Shown here one piece after another: positions 33,296 to 47,579 of a stretch of DNA of 64,000 bases; the first letter of the stretch is position 1; the number at the start of each line of letters is the position of its first letter. Below the pieces are notes generated by a model, which worked only from the letters and a program-made list of their open reading frames with translations, ran no database searches and was not told the DNA's origin. This DNA comes from Basidiobolus meristosporus CBS 931.73 (Eukaryota > Fungi > Basidiobolomycota), in NCBI GenBank assembly GCA_002104905.1, contig MCFE01000141.1, forward strand, positions 1-64,000, written 5' to 3'. Both the position numbers and the translations under genes were made by a program.

Positions 33296-36200
33296 AATGA
33301 TAACCAACAAAGGAAGTACACAAGACCCTTTATAGGCACTAGAAGCCTGCTTTGCAACTACTGCAAATGAAAAGGTCACACATCTAGCCAGTGCCTCAAT
33401 AATAAAGATAACAGAAAAAGGCTATATATGGAAATGCTGCAGCAATTGAAGATAGACTACTGATATTGGCACTAAATATGACCATAAAAAAGGACTCTTC
33501 AACACAGTATATTGACTCTGGAGTATCTCAACACCTTACACACCAAAAAGAACCTTGTTAAGAAGGTTTTCAAGGGTGACAATGAAACACTTGATGTGGT
33601 TGGAGAAGGAATATCCAGGTAAACCTTACAACCTGTGAAGGAAGCCATACACCTTCAGAGAAGTACTCTATGTACCAGATATAGTCAACAACCTGCTATC
33701 AGTAGGCAAGACCGCAGCAGAAGGACTCAGCTTCAGCTTTTACAATTCTGGATGCAGGATTACTGATCAAAATGTTGCCCATATTTCTGTGGGAATCAAA
33801 GATAAAAATCTATACAAGTTGACTTCAATTTCATCAAATATAGATGCCAAATAAGTGCCTTAAAGGAAGAAGCACAATGCATTAGCACAGGAGACTTGGA
33901 CACTTCAATCTTGATTATTTGCACAAAATGATCACATACTGGCTAATTTTTGGAGTAAAATTGATCCCCCTGCTAATTTGGAGCACTATGAAGCCTGAAT
34001 ATAAGGGAAAAAGCCAGACAGCTGTTCCAGAGCTCTACGCTAATCAAAACTAAGAAGAAATTAGATCTTACTCACCCAGATCTGTATGGACCTATGCAGA
34101 ATTTCTCTCTAGGCTAGGTGCAGTAGGTAATCACTTTTATCAATGATTTTATAAGATACATGTAAGTCTACATCATGGAGAGAAAGAAGGCTGCTCTGAC
34201 CATGCCAAGGGAGCTTAAAGCCATGGTGAAGGGAGAGACTAGTCAAAAATCAAGAAAATATGCTCTAGCAATTGTTGGGAATATACCTCCATACTCTTCA
34301 TCCACTTCTGCAAGATTTATGGGATAAAGCAAGGGATTAATGAATCATACTCTGTGCAGCAAAATGGAGTGGTAGAATGAGCAAATAGATCAATAACTGA
34401 TATGGCAAGATCTGTAATACATGATTGAATATTTTCCTATAATTATGGGTGCAATCAATTGCCACAACTGTATACCTTGAAAATAGGAGTTACAGCAGAA
34501 TCACTGTTATTTTACTCCATTTAAAACCTAGTATGGATGCATTCCAAGTGGAGAACATCTATAAATATTTGGGTGTACAGTATATGCTAAAAAACTGCCT
34601 GGAAATTAGTCAAAATATATGCCAAAAAGTGTAAAATGAATATTTTTGTTTACTGCAATGAGAGTAAGACATACTGACTCTATAATACGTAAGCAACAAA
34701 GCTGATCAAGTCCAGGGATGTGTTATCTGATGAGAATTCAAAAGTTCCACAGATGATGATATCTGATGATGACAAAATTCTGATTACATGTCTACCAACA
34801 GTCAAGATTGAATCAAAGCAAAAGAATGATTATTCTCTCACTTCAGAGGAGTCTACAAGCATGGCTCAGCCTTGATCAGTGCCCAGGCCTATCCTAGAAG
34901 TGATTATATCAGTATCACAATCCAGGAGAACCAACCATTCCAGAAACAGGTCAATCAACTATATTAAAGAGGAGACAAACTTAGCCTATGACTATTCAGT
35001 CCAAATTGATGAGCCCAAGGCTGTAAAGAGGCCCAAAAAAGTCCTCAGACAAAGTTTTAGAGCTCTGCAATAACTGAGGAATATTGGGCCCTGATGGAGA
35101 ATCAAACTTGTGACTTAGTCAAACTACCAATCAACCAGAGAAAGCCAGACAAAAGTGGGTCTTCATGACATTATACATGGCTGATAGTACAATTAAGAGA
35201 CAGAAAGCAATACTTCTGGCCTAAGGATACTCTCAAACAGAAGAACATGACTATACTGAGCCCTTTGCACTGGTAGCCCAGTTCAATTATATCCAATTAA
35301 TACTGACTATTACTGCAAAATAAAACTTTTTAATACATCCAATGAATGCAAAAGCTGCACTTTTGAATGAAAAACCTGATGAGGATGTGTACATGGACCA
35401 GCCTGATGGGTTTGTTGACCAGGATAGCCCCATTTGGTCTGCAAACATGAAAAATTTCTGTATGGACTTGCACAGTTACCAAGAGTATGGAATTGCAAGA
35501 ATGATTCATATTTGGAATCCTTAAGTCTCAAAAGAAGTACTGCTCATTATAGTATATGCTACATGCCAGATAGAGCAAGTCAGCTCTATTGGCTATATAT
35601 TTAGATGATCTCAATAAAGCTGCTGAAGCATTGGAAGAGACTAATTCAACATAACTAAGGAGTTCAAGATGTCCAATCTGGAAGAACTCAGTTACTACTT
35701 AGGTAAAAAGTTCTCCATAGACAGAAGTACCCAGACTATGACCCTAAGCCAATCCTAGTATATTCAAGATATATTAAGGATGTACTAAGTGGAAGACTGT
35801 AAACCAGCAGCTACCCCAATGGAGACAAACCTTATCCTGGTTCAAGCTTCACCAAATCAGCAAGCTTGGTGCCATCTGAAAGCCCTGAGCTTCCTTATCA
35901 ATCTATGGTTGACAGTCTGATGTACTACATGCTTGGAACATGTTCCAATATCTTGTATTTGGTGCAAGTTGTAAGCTAGCATAATCAAAACTATGGATCT
36001 GATCATATTGCAGCAGTTAAGCGGATTTTCAGATACCTAAGAGGAGCTGCTGATATCTGCTTAAAGTACAACTATGAGGTCTCAGAACAAGATCTTATGT
36101 GATACATTGATGCTGATCAGGGACAGAACATATAAGTCCAAAGATCCACTACAAGATCCACCACAAGATCCACCTTTCTACTGTAAAGGAGCAATTTCAT

Positions 36201-36815
36201 GGAAATCATGAAAGCAACCAATAATAGCATTACCTCCTACAGCGGCAGAGTATATGGCAGCCTGTGAAGCTACAGCAGATGCATTGTGATTAACAAATCT
36301 TCTAAATGTTTAGGCTCATGCCAAAAAACACCTATTACTTTATTTTAAGGTAATCAAGGATGCATAAAACAGGTAGAAATCCAACTTTTCAAGCCAGAAC
36401 TAGGCACATAGATATTTAATATCATTTCATACATGGAGCTATAGAGTACAACATAGTTAGCTTAGCTTACTGTCCTAATGATCAAATGATTGCAGACATT
36501 CTTACCAAACCATTAGTTAGAGACAAATCTGAATATCTTAGATCAATATTAAAACTAGTCAGAAGGAACATTTAGTCAAGTGGGGGTGTTGTAAAAGTTG
36601 GTAATTCTACCTGAATATTCACCTAGCTTAGTCACACAGATCATTACCTACTAATGTTAAAGAACAACTGACCAAATCCTCTGTCAGGATTTACCTAGAA
36701 TATTTTTACCAAAATATCAAGTACGCAAAACATGAAACTTAGATAAGTTGTCCAAGCAGCCCCAAATTTTGCACACCTGCCCTTGGGACCTTTCTGTGCC
36801 TATTTTATGAGCTTG

Positions 36816-38540
36816 TTATGCAAAGAGTGTTACCAATCCACCGGAAGTCAATTGGACCCAGATGGGTCTCCAGGACATAATACAAGGCTGCTGGTAAAAT
36901 TGAAAGATGGAAATAAAGACTTGCAGTAAGAGGATATTCTCAAACAAAAAGACCAGTCTATACAATGCTTGCAAAGTTTTATTCTGACAGGCTAATATTG
37001 ACTATGGTAGTCAGATATAAGCTGTTCATTGATTAACCAGAGGTAGAAGCTTTTTTTTGCTTAGGAAATTTGACAATAATACGTATATGGGCCAGGCTGA
37101 TAGGTTTACTGACAAAGAAAGCACCATAGGGTGCGCAAGCTTAAAAAAGCTCAACATGGTTTAAAATAGTTACCAAGAGCCTGAAACTGCAAGACAAATT
37201 CATGTATTATATCTCTAAGCTTGAATAGACTTGTTCAATCATTCCAGCTGATCATAGTGCCCAATAGTGCCATAGCATGCCAGATGGAGCCTGATCATGC
37301 CACAGAGTGCCAGATGGTGCCATACAGTGCCAATTTGGGATCAAAATTGACATGCATATGACACTAAAATATCAAATTAATAACAAAATATACAGCACTT
37401 TCTGGCACTATGACCAATGGCACAATGGAACAAGTCTAGTGTATATATGAAGATTCTTAATGATCAAGGTTTTTGAGCAATTGCACAATTTTATGTGATT
37501 TGATCAGTCAGTTTGAAGGTTGCATGCAATCAAAGTCACCATAGTAATCCTGGCAGCAGAGGCTCAGTATATATGGTTGTAGACTCTTTTGATTATAACT
37601 CCTTGTGCATTTTTTTAAAATAGCTCTAATTTTAAGCATGTGCTGGCTACTTAGTGTTCTATGCAACATGATATTCTTGGATAAACTGACCATTAGGGTC
37701 TTGAGCCATTGTCTTTCAAAGTTAGAAATTCTTGATCTTTCATTTGTGTGTTATGGTAGCAAAAGGCAGAATAATGAAATGAGTGCAATATTGGTTTTGT
37801 GATATTGTAGTAATAAAATAATTTCTAATACCACCAATGCGGCTGGAGCTCAAAATATCTGAGCTAGGAGAGCTCATTTGCTATCAAGGGTTAAAGATCT
37901 CCATACCAACAAGTTCCCAGACTATCACCCTGAGTCAATCCAAGTGATTTCAAGCTATACTAAAGAAGTACCAAATGGAAGAATGTGAACCAGCAGCTAC
38001 CCCAATGAAGACAAACCTTAACATGGTCATTGCTCAGCCAAATATAGAGAGCATGGTTTCATCTGAAAGCTCTGAGCTATAGTTATGTTTGATCAGCAGT
38101 CTGATGTATTTCATGCTGGAAATATCTTCAGCTACCTCAGATTCAGTAGGAGCTGTCAGCCAGCATAATCAAAACTATGGATCTGATCATATAGTGGCAG
38201 TTAAGCAAATTTACAGATACTCAAAAGGCGCTTCTGATAACTGCTTATGCTATGCCTATAAAGATTTAATGCTGGTTGTTGCAGGATACTCTGATGTCAA
38301 TTGAGGACAAATTTAGAAGACAGAAGACTCACCAGAGATATATAACTTTATTTACTGTAAAGGAGCAACTTATGGAAATCAAGAAAGCAATAAGCAGTAG
38401 CACTTCCCACTTCAGAGGCAGAGTAAATGGTAGCCTGTGAAGCTATAAAAGAAGTAATGTGTCTCAGAAAACCACTTAATGACTTAGGCATATGTTGAAT
38501 AACCTCAATCACAGTATTACAAGATAAACAAGGTGTTGTG
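36816..38540 (+). mobile_element. Scrambled Copia RT/RNase H fragments (36816-37226 and ~37900-38540)
   Basis: RLAVRGYSQ-like and VGAVSQHNQNYGSDHIVAVKQIYRY, GYSDVN translations. Confidence 0.7.
37227..37437. mobile_element. 211-bp MITE (AGACTTG termini, GTGCCA repeats)
   Basis: TIRs; flanks AAT/AGT; same length as the 47369 and 50455 copies. Confidence 0.9.
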
Positions 38541-38779
38541 CTTAGACTTTAAAATTTAGCCAATTTTATTCTGGTAGATAATCCATTACCCTGACTGATC
38601 TTCCCTAACCCAAAAATAACTAATCCAGCCATGGTTTATTTATCACTTCTCACAATCTATTTGAAGCTGTCACACCTAATCAACTTTCTTGCATTCATTA
38701 TGCCATTAACTGATCTGCCAAGTCTTTCTAAGTGAATATTCATCTGAGATCTATCCAACCATGTAGCAGTTGCCAAGAC

Positions 38780-39480
38780 ATCAGCTGATTGATGATGTAA
38801 TTTTCACTTATCTTATACATCTATCAACTCCCAAACTGATTTCATTTAGCTCAGTCTCTTGCCACTTACTAACTCATCTAGATCAGAAAAGTACAAGGAA
38901 ATTTTACTGAAGCTTTTGGTTCAGTCTGTGTCTCAACAAAATTTAGATCATGTGCTAGTAATACTAAGATTTCAACAATTGCATTCTAGTTTCTACACAA
39001 GCCTAGCATATCCAGCATTCTCAAGAACACCAAGCCTGGCCTGCCTGGCAAACCAACTCTGTTGCATTTCCCTATGAAAAATCTCAAACTTGGAGTTCAT
39101 GAGATTTTCAGCTGGTAATCAGCTGGTATTAATGATATTTTGCAGTATTCAGCTGGTGTTTCTGGTTCAAAACTTCAAATGCAATTTTTGATGGAAGTAT
39201 TTGGCAGAAAGCTACCAAATTTAGCAAGGATGTTAGTTAGCCTGTTCTCCTCCTGGCAAATTTGCTTGCTTGCCTGCCTGTCAGCTAACAAAAGAGATAC
39301 TGTGAGTTGCCATTCTTGAAAACCTTGGAACTAAGCTGATATTGTAATGGTCTTTTAATGGCCTTTTCTTAGATTTTTATTGTAGGGTTTAAAGCCAAAC
39401 CCAGCTATATACAAGACCAATATTAGACCAGATTCTCTTAGCTAATATTTCTGCCACTCTATGACAATATTGAGATTTAA
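38780..39480. repeat. Dispersed repeat; inverted diverged copy at ~59090-59570
   Basis: Shared blocks such as ACAAGACCAATATTAGACCA and CTAGTTTCTAC, in opposite orientation. Confidence 0.7.
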
Positions 39481-39590
39481 CGCTTAGTTGTCCCCTAGGT
39501 TCAGTTAAACTATTCAAGAGTTTTATTAGACTTTTCTCTTGGATATAGCATTTTTTTGTTGAATTCCATTACATTCAACCTCTTAACAAG

Positions 39591-40430
39591 ATGTCCTCAG
39601 CAGCAAACCATCCATATCTGTCCCTGTTGGAAGCAGCTCAAAGGAACCAGGAAGAACTGACTGGGCAGCTTGGAAGCATCAAGCATGAAAGAAACTCCTT
39701 GATGCTTCAGCACTCAAAGCTAGCCAAGACAACATCTGACAATAATTGCAGGGATCAGCTACTTGATGCTAAATCTGATTACCAAGATGAAATTGGTATC
39801 ATTAGCAAAGCTCCTGAGAATGCTACCTTAGTAATTGACAGCATTGAATATCCACCAAGCCCTGCTTTGCATCAGCTACCAAGAAGTCATGCCTTTGGTT
39901 CCTCTAGTTCTACATCTCCCACTAGACCTGCCCTGGTGGCTGTCCCAAGATCCTTGCCTTTTATGCAGAAGGAGTCAATACTATAAAGAGTCCTACTGGG
40001 TTTCTTTACAATCTTTGTCATGTATAAGCTGCACACCAGCTAGACCATGAAACCCATTGGGCTAAACTTCTGCCTCTCTGTCTCACCACGCAAGATGCTG
40101 ACTGGGCTGAGTGCACATCACTTCCCGTAGTATGGGGATAATTGCCTAACTCCTCTTTGGCAGCAACTTGAAGATCCTCTTAAGAAAGCACATCTGAACT
40201 ACAACTTATGGAAATCTAAAATGCAAAAGAGTGAGTCTGTGCAACATTTCTGTAATAGATTCCACAGACAGAGGAGATAGGCTGGAGTTGGAGATGATAA
40301 TTCATTGCTTACATCACATTTTCTTTCAAACTGCCCATTCCAGCTACAGAGCAATATTGCAATTGTTAATGCATGCAACCCTGCATATACTTATGACAAG
40401 ATCTTAGAGATATGTGTGAGTACTACATGG
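39591..40430 (+). mobile_element. Ty3/Gypsy gag relic
   Basis: Coiled-coil N-terminus, then capsid-like QKSESVQHFCNRF, with stops. Confidence 0.55.
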
Positions 40431-41764
40431 AGTTTCCACTCTTTGCCCACAAGTTCCCCCAGAGTCCTGCCCAAAGTCCCCAGAGTATCCTCTCTATGAT
40501 TCCCTTCCATATCCTTCCTCCAATTCCTGCCCTTACCTAGTTGAGACACTTACCATAACAAGAAGGTGCTCACACCCCTGTTTTCCAACACACTCTATTG
40601 CCTGAGCCCCTCCCAGTAAGATATATAAATATTTGATTGAGTGAAGATTGTGAGAAGGGTTTTTCATTGGATGTAATAAACACAGGTCTTTACTATCTTA
40701 CTGTCTTCTACTCAAAGCTACTCTGAGCCAAGTGATACTGACTTGGCCTAAAAGCTCCCCCAACTACCAAGTACAGTCAGTTATAACATACAGATTTGAT
40801 GCCATCTCTGCAAAAAAAGCATAAGTGAGGTAACAACTACCACAATCAAGCTAAGAGCATATAAAAGAAAGAGAGAGAAAGCCCTACAGTGGCTCAATAA
40901 GTTTGAGTGAGTTGTGGTGATGCAGGATGGGTCAATAATAAGAAAGTAAGGGAGTTTGCAAGATATATGGAAGGGTCATCTTGGCAATGGCATCATGAGT
41001 TGTAAGACATAATTAAAGGTTACTGGGATGCACTGGAAGAAGCCTACAAGATACTCTTTATATAGATTAAAGGATATCACTATGAAGCCCTTCTACTGTA
41101 CTGATGGAAGAAGAGTAGCAAGAGCTACAAAGCCTACACTGAGCTATTTTGGAGCAGGGTTAATGTTTCCCACAGCACAGAATCTTTAAACAACAGCTCA
41201 TGAGGTATTACATCATGAGCTTAGACAAAAATAAGAAGTAGGGCATCTGAAGTGCAACAGGAATGTATAATGTTGCAAGAGTTGGTCTTACAAGTAAGAG
41301 GGGTCATCTTGCTATGGGTACCACCCTTTGGTAATATGTGTGATCAAAGAACATGGATCCCCCATAAGAAAGAAAAATTTGCCTCCTCAAAAGACCATGA
41401 GTCAGAGAATTTATAGCAAAAGGTCCAGGAGCTCTTAGTAAATGATATCCAAGAAGTCACCAAAGAAGGTGATAAGCTCTGAAAAGCTATTGTGGATCTA
41501 AAGGCCCAGGTACAAGCACTGATCTAACAGATAGAGCAACCACAACTACAGTTTCCATGTTATATTTGTGAAGAAGTAGGCCACTGGGCCTATGAATGCA
41601 AAAAAACAGTACAAACAAGAACCTCTACAAGCAATAAAGAAGAAAAATTCAGCAAAAAGCTCTCTTGTCAGAAAAGTCAAAGTACAGAAAAGCATTGATA
41701 TGAGGCTGCTAGAAGGGGGCAAAGGAACCTGTAGTAGTGGCTCTGTCAAAGGTAAAGAATGCGG
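40430..41764 (+). mobile_element. LTR-like repeat (~40430-40790; second copy ~59770-60110) followed by gag relic with CCHC knuckle
   Basis: Repeat shares GTCCTGCCCAAAGTCCCCAGAG; CYICEEVGHWAYEC at ~41557. Confidence 0.7.
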
Positions 41765-43880
41765 TGTGGTGGTGTATAAGTCCTAGGGAGAGATACATCC
41801 AACACTGTCAAGTGTTTTGTGCTTGGGGTGATCACTGGGTGCAATGACCTCTATCAAAAGTTTGCTGAGAACACTTGTATTTGTCTCTAATCTGATGTGA
41901 GGTGGAATAAAGGCACAAGCTTGTCAAGGGAAAACTATCAAGCTACAATCCCCAACCTAGTTGGTGTTGTAACAAAAGTATGTGCTGTGTTCAGTGTCCT
42001 CTGAGACAACAATGTACTAATGCTTCAAAAGGCAAAACAATTGCAAACCACCCCAGTAGGGACTTGATAAGAGTGTAGCTGTGGGTAATAGTTACAAAGA
42101 CCAAAAAGTATCTTTGCCAGTACAAGAATAAGATTGGGAAATGTTGTGTTGTATTATGATTAGTTTGGGGCTTGTTCTACAATGTAGAGGCTAATAGCAA
42201 TATACAACAACTTCCATTATGCCAATACTGAAATAGTTTATTGGGAGTTTGATATACCAATAGAAGATATAACTTTCACTAATTTCCTCAATCTTAGGCT
42301 CAAAATATACTGTAGGCAGTGTTTGTCACTTCTACAGCAGTGTTCTGACCTTCTGTCAACTAATGGGCTTATTTACTTTTATAGTAACTTTTCCTTATTT
42401 GGAAGTCACTTTCCATTCTGAGTAAATAGATCCTAATATGAAAATTCTGAACTCCCCTTTAACCTAAAGGGGTGTGTTGTAGAAGTCTCTAAAGGGGTGT
42501 CTAAAGGGGTGTCTTGAGAGTAAAGGGGCTTCTTGTAGTGGTCTCTAAAGTGGACTTTACACTAAAGGGGTGCCTGAAGGGGCTTCTTTAGAGTAAAGGA
42601 GCTTCTTAAAGGGGTCTCTAAAGGGGTCTGTAGACTAATGGGGTGTCTTTAGGGTAAAGGGGTTTCTTAGAGGGGACTTTTCCAACAGAAAAGTGGTGGT
42701 TTCTTGTAAACTTAGATTGGATTCTTGTGAGCTTTGCAGTCTCTTTACTGATGTAGTACTAATCAAAGTCAGAATACTCAACAGTGCAAGTGATGCAGGG
42801 GAAGTTTTATAACCTTTAAACTTGTAATTGTAGTGTGGAGATTCTGGAAAGAGAGGCTCTCCCTTTATTCTTCTGCTGGGGAAGTCATATATATAAAAAT
42901 TCTGAAGGATCAAAGTTTTTGGGCAATTGTGCAAGCAATACATGTGCTTAAAAGCTAACATTTTGCAGTGGCGCAGATCAGACATAGGCGCAGCACCTGT
43001 GAAAATTTCACGTGATTTGACTGGCTGATTCAAAAGTTACAGGTGATTAAAGTCACCATAGTAATCCTAGCAATAAGGCATAGTATATTTAATAATTGGA
43101 CTCTTTTGGTCATAACTCCTTAAGTACTGCTTCAAATGAGCTGTAAATTGAAACTTATGTTGGCTACTGCATGTTCTATATGACATAATATTCTTGGGTG
43201 GATTGCTTGTCAGGGTCTGGAGCATTTGTCCATCAAAGCTGGAAATTCTTGATCTTTCACTTGTGTGTTACAATAGCAAAAAGCAAAATAAAGAAATGAG
43301 TGCAATATTGGTTTAGAGATATTGTAGTAATGGAATACTTTCCATTACCACAGAGAGAATCAAATGAAATAAAAATATCTGCCCTGAATATTCCTCCCAA
43401 GTAGTGCCTCCAAGGTCAGTTAGCTGTCAATGTGGTCTCCTGGGAGTGTACTGTAGTCTGGGGTTGGAAGATCAGGTGGCAGTGATTGCACTTATCAAAA
43501 AGTTGATATTTTGATAAAAGGGATGCTGAATTATTGCTGAATGATTGCCTCTCTTATATACTTTGCTCACCAGCTACCTGATTACTAATTTTGGTGGTCT
43601 AGAAGGTTCTGGAGATCAACAGAGCTTTTAATGACATCAAAATGGCCTATGAATGATCTAAGTATGTGTTGGAAGGTTCTAAAAGGTACAGAACATTCAA
43701 CTAATCAGGAATCAATATTCTGAAACCTGCATAGCATAGGGATACTGTATGTGGTATGAAAGTGGTAAGGATAGTGACACAGATTGGTCATGGGGCATTG
43801 GTACTGGTGTGGGTACTTGCCTAATATGCAAGTACTGACTTATAGTAATCTTAAATAAAGTGAGGGATAACTGATGCATT
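41765..43880 (-). mobile_element. Broken inverted copy of the 1071-bp LTR family (41765-~42110 and ~43395-43880), split by other sequence
   Basis: TGTGGTGGTGTATAAGTCC start as in 54491; left flank GCGG. Confidence 0.75.
42455..42685. repeat. Degenerate tandem repeat built from AAAGGGG(T/C)(G/T)TCT units
   Basis: About 10 recurrences of TAAAGGGG-like motifs in ~50-60-bp higher-order units. Confidence 0.8.
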
Positions 43881-43881
43881 A

Positions 43882-44152
43882 AGAAGTATTATCAAGTGGG
43901 GAAAAGGTTGGGAGGAGAATATTATAGAGACCTAATACAGTGGTGCAAGAAGTATATAAATGGGCAAATTTGGGCAAAGTTGGAACTTCTGATAAAAGTT
44001 GGCGGTGAAGTTGTTCAAGGTTGGCAATATTGGTTAAAAGGCGTTTGAAAGTTTTGACGGAGTAGTCAAAGAGGGAGCCAAGTTCATTGAGTGGGCAAAA
44101 GAAATGTTCTAATTTGTGGGGGTTGGTGACAGGGGAAATGAGATGTTTTTTA
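43882..44152 (-). pseudogene. MutS-family fragment, downstream half (domain III)
   Basis: KHLISPVTNPHKLEH...LLTNIANLEQLHRQL; continues in frame from 51069-51390 once the Copia is removed. Confidence 0.8.
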
Positions 44153-44452
44153 TGTTGTTAAAGTTTGTAATTCCACCTAAATATTCCCTAACTTGGTCAC
44201 TTAGATCATCACCTTCAAATCCTAAAGAATACTGACCAAATTCCTTGTTGGGATTTACTTAGAATATTTTCACCAAAATACCAGGTGCCCAGAATATGAA
44301 AATTCTCAAAGTTGTCCAAACTGCCCCAAACTTTGTACACATGCTCTTGGGACCTTCCTTAACCCATTCTACATGCTTGCTATGCCAAGACCATGCAAAA
44401 GTTTGAATTCTACTTTTGTATTCAGTGAATCCTTAAGTGAAAGCCACATATT

Positions 44453-45186
44453 AGACTTGTTCCATTGGATAGTGCCACATTGAGCCATGAGTGCCAAATG
44501 ATGCCATAGTGTGCCAGAGAGGCCAAGTGAGCCTATACTTGGCCACAGAGTGTGAAACATAGATCTGCATCCTCATTGAAAGCAGCCCATGTCTCTAATC
44601 TATGATGCAGGAGAAAATTCATTTTTTGACGTTGTTTTGTAGTTCAATATTGTGCAGGATGTGTAAGAGCACTAAAGGATTGAAGATATACATCTGGTAC
44701 TCAAGACCCTTGGCACTCTGAATCTAGCTCCTGTGGCTTGTTACATGTCACAAAAATGCATGGCACTATCTTGGTCCACTGGTACTATCTGGCACTATAA
44801 GTGCTTTGTATTGATCTTACTTTAGGGCTAATATTTAAATATAGTGCTGGATAGTACCAGTGGACCAAGATAGTCCCATGCATTTTTGTGACATGTAACA
44901 AGCCACAGGAGCTAGATTCAGAGTGCCATGGGTATTGAGTATCAGATGCATATCTTCAATCCTTTTGCGCACTTGCAAATCCCGTATAACATTTATCTAA
45001 AAAAAAATGTCAAAAAATGGATTTTTTCCATCACAAAGAGTGAAACACAGGGGTTGCTTTGCATGAAGATGCAGAGCTGTGCTGCACACTCTGTGGCCAA
45101 GTGTAGGCTCACTTGGCCCCCCTGGCACACAATGGCATCATTTGGTACTCATGGCTCAATGTGGCACTATCCAACAGAGCAAGTCT
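44453..45186. mobile_element. 734-bp foldback element, ATT TSD, inserted in the Copia 5' LTR
   Basis: ~340-bp inverted arms; ATT duplicated; removal restores a 348-bp LTR. Confidence 0.93.
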
Positions 45187-45851
45187 ATTATACTTGTTTG
45201 CCCAATCACTTCCAATATCTCCAAGACTCTTACAACAGGCTATGAGTCCCAAGCTGTCACTCTCTGCAATATCTACTACTGCTATACTGGAATTTTCCCC
45301 TCTGCCAAAAAGTTGGATGGATCTAACTACCAAGTGTGGAAAGTGAAGATGAAGATGCTACTACACAAAAGAGGCCTTTGGGATATTGTCATGGGCAAAG
45401 AATGCCCTCCTAAAAATGTGTGAGAGGAAGCCTTAAAGTACCAGAAGAAAGAACAAAGTGCCTTTAACTGCATTTGCCTTAATGTTAAAGACAAATTACT
45501 AATTCAATGCTCAAGAACAAAAACAGCCAAGAATGCCAGGAAGGCATTAAAAGACACCTACCAGTCATGTTCAGCTACTAAGAAAATGTATCTGTGACAA
45601 AAATTCTCTACTACAAAGATGCTGTCAGGAGAAGAAATGAAAAATCTAATTAGCTGAATTACCCTGCAGGCGGATGAAATGGAATCTGTGGGTGTACCAA
45701 CTACTGATGAGGATGCAATAGTTACAATCCTGAATAGCTTGACAGACAAGTTTCAGGGCCTTGTATCAGGCCTTAAGTCCAGAACTGAAGATTTGACCTT
45801 AAATTACGCATATGGAAGGCTCCTGGATGAAGAATTAAGAAAGTCAAGCGC

Positions 45852-46922
45852 TGTAGTGGGGTGACAGTGACACCCACTGACAGATGTGCTCATTCCCTTA
45901 TTTTCTACTTCCTTATATCTCTACTACACTTATTTCAGTTTTATCCCATTTGTCTTACTCAATCAGTACTATCCCATAAGCTGGTTGACTATCACACCTG
46001 CTTACCTTATTGCATAAGTTACCCCTCACTTTATGTAAGATTACTGGCTATAAGTACTTCTATATTAGGCAAGTAACCACCCCAGTACCAGTGACACATG
46101 ATCAACCTGTGACACCATCCCTACCATTTCCATACCATATATGGTAACCCTATGTTACACAGGTTTCAGAATACTGATTCCTGATTGGTTGGATGTGCTG
46201 TGCCTCTTAGAACCTTCCGGCACCTACTTGGAACATTCTTGGGTCATTCTGATGTCATTAAGATTTCTATTGATATCCGGAACCTTCTGGAACACCATGA
46301 TTAGTAATCACTTAGCCAGTGAGAAAAGTACATATGGGAGGCTATCCCTCAACAATAAACCATCATCCCTTTTATCAATATACCAACTTGTTGATTAGTG
46401 TGATCACTGCTACCTACTGCTACCTGAACTTCCAACCCCAGACCACAGGACACTCCCAGGAAACTGTGTTGACAGCCAACTGACCTTGGAGACACTACTT
46501 GTGAGGAATACTCAGAGTACGTATCTTTTATTATATTTGATACTATCCCAAGTTTGTTCTTGTACAGACAAAGATACTTTTCTGTCTTTGTAACTATTGA
46601 CCACAGCTGCATTCTTCTCAAGTCCCTGCTGGTGGAGTTTACAGTTGTTTTGACTTTGGAAGCTTTAGTACATTGTCATCTCAAAGGACGCTGAACCCAG
46701 CACATACTTTTGTTAAGATGCCAACTAAGTTGGGGATTGTAACTCAATAGTTTTCCCTTGACAAGCTTGTGGTTTTATTCCCCTTCACATCAGATTAGAG
46801 ACAGAACCCAAGTATTCCTAGCAAGCTTTTGCCAGAGGTTATTGCACCCAGTGAACACCCTACACACAATACACTTGAGAAGTGTTGGATGTATCTCTCC
46901 TTTGGATGTATACACCACTACA
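45852..46922 (+). mobile_element. 1071-bp solo LTR, GCGC TSD
   Basis: TGTAGTGG...CCACTACA ends; GCGC on both flanks; interrupts Copia gag. Confidence 0.93.
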
Positions 46923-47368
46923 GCGCAAATAAGAAGGAAGAAGAAAATGCTTTAATAAGCAATGCTAACCAACAATGGAGGTACCCAAGACCCTATAAAG
47001 GCAACAACAACCTGTTTTGCAACTACTGAAAAAGGAAAGGACACACATCAGACCAGTGCTTCAAAAAGAAAGATAGTCAGCAGAAAAAGCCTGAATATGA
47101 AAACGCTGGAACAACTGAAGATAGACTATACATATCTGCACTAAATGTGACCACAAACAAGGATTGTCAGACATGGTATACTGACTCTGGAGCATCTCAA
47201 CACTATATACATTAAAAAGAACTTTTTACCCAATATCAAGAAATTCCAAACAAGAAGGTTTTCATGGGTGACAATAGAACACTTGATGCAGTGGGAGAAG
47301 GAACTATCCAAGTAAACCTAAGAAGCAGTGAAGGAAGCCATACACTGATCTTTAAAGAAGCACACTAT

Positions 47369-47579
47369 AGACTTGTTTCATTGTGCCATTGATCATAGTG
47401 CCAGAGAGTGCTGCATATTTTGTTATTAATTTGATGTTATAGGGTCATATGCATATCAATTTTGATCCCAAATTGGCACTGTATGGCACCATCTGGCACT
47501 CTGTGGCATGATCAGGCACCATCTGGCATGCTATGGCACTATTGGGCACTATGATCAGCTGGAATGATGGAACAAGTCT
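47369..47579. mobile_element. 211-bp MITE, TAT TSD (inverted relative to the others)
   Basis: AGACTTG/CAAGTCT termini; TAT duplicated. Confidence 0.92.

Larger units (their letters stand above)
30860..36815 (+). mobile_element. Ty1/Copia element B, degenerate; partial 5' LTR to 31123, 3' LTR from 36587 truncated
   Basis: gag-PR-IN-RT-RH order; PPT-like AGTGGGGG before TGTTG at 36587. Confidence 0.85.

Noticed and set aside
37240-37340. Regularly spaced GTGCCA units as a CRISPR-like array
   Set aside because: 6-bp motifs with very short spacers inside a TIR-bounded MITE in a eukaryotic genome
44928-45245. Recurrent ORFs ending MASFGTHGSMW (also 32971, 56391, 56885)
   Set aside because: Shadow translations of the non-coding foldback element
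45861-46621. Recurrent ORFs MTVTPTDRCAHS... and MRRMQLWSIVTK... (also 53239, 53727, 54792)
   Set aside because: Shadow translations of the 1071-bp LTR
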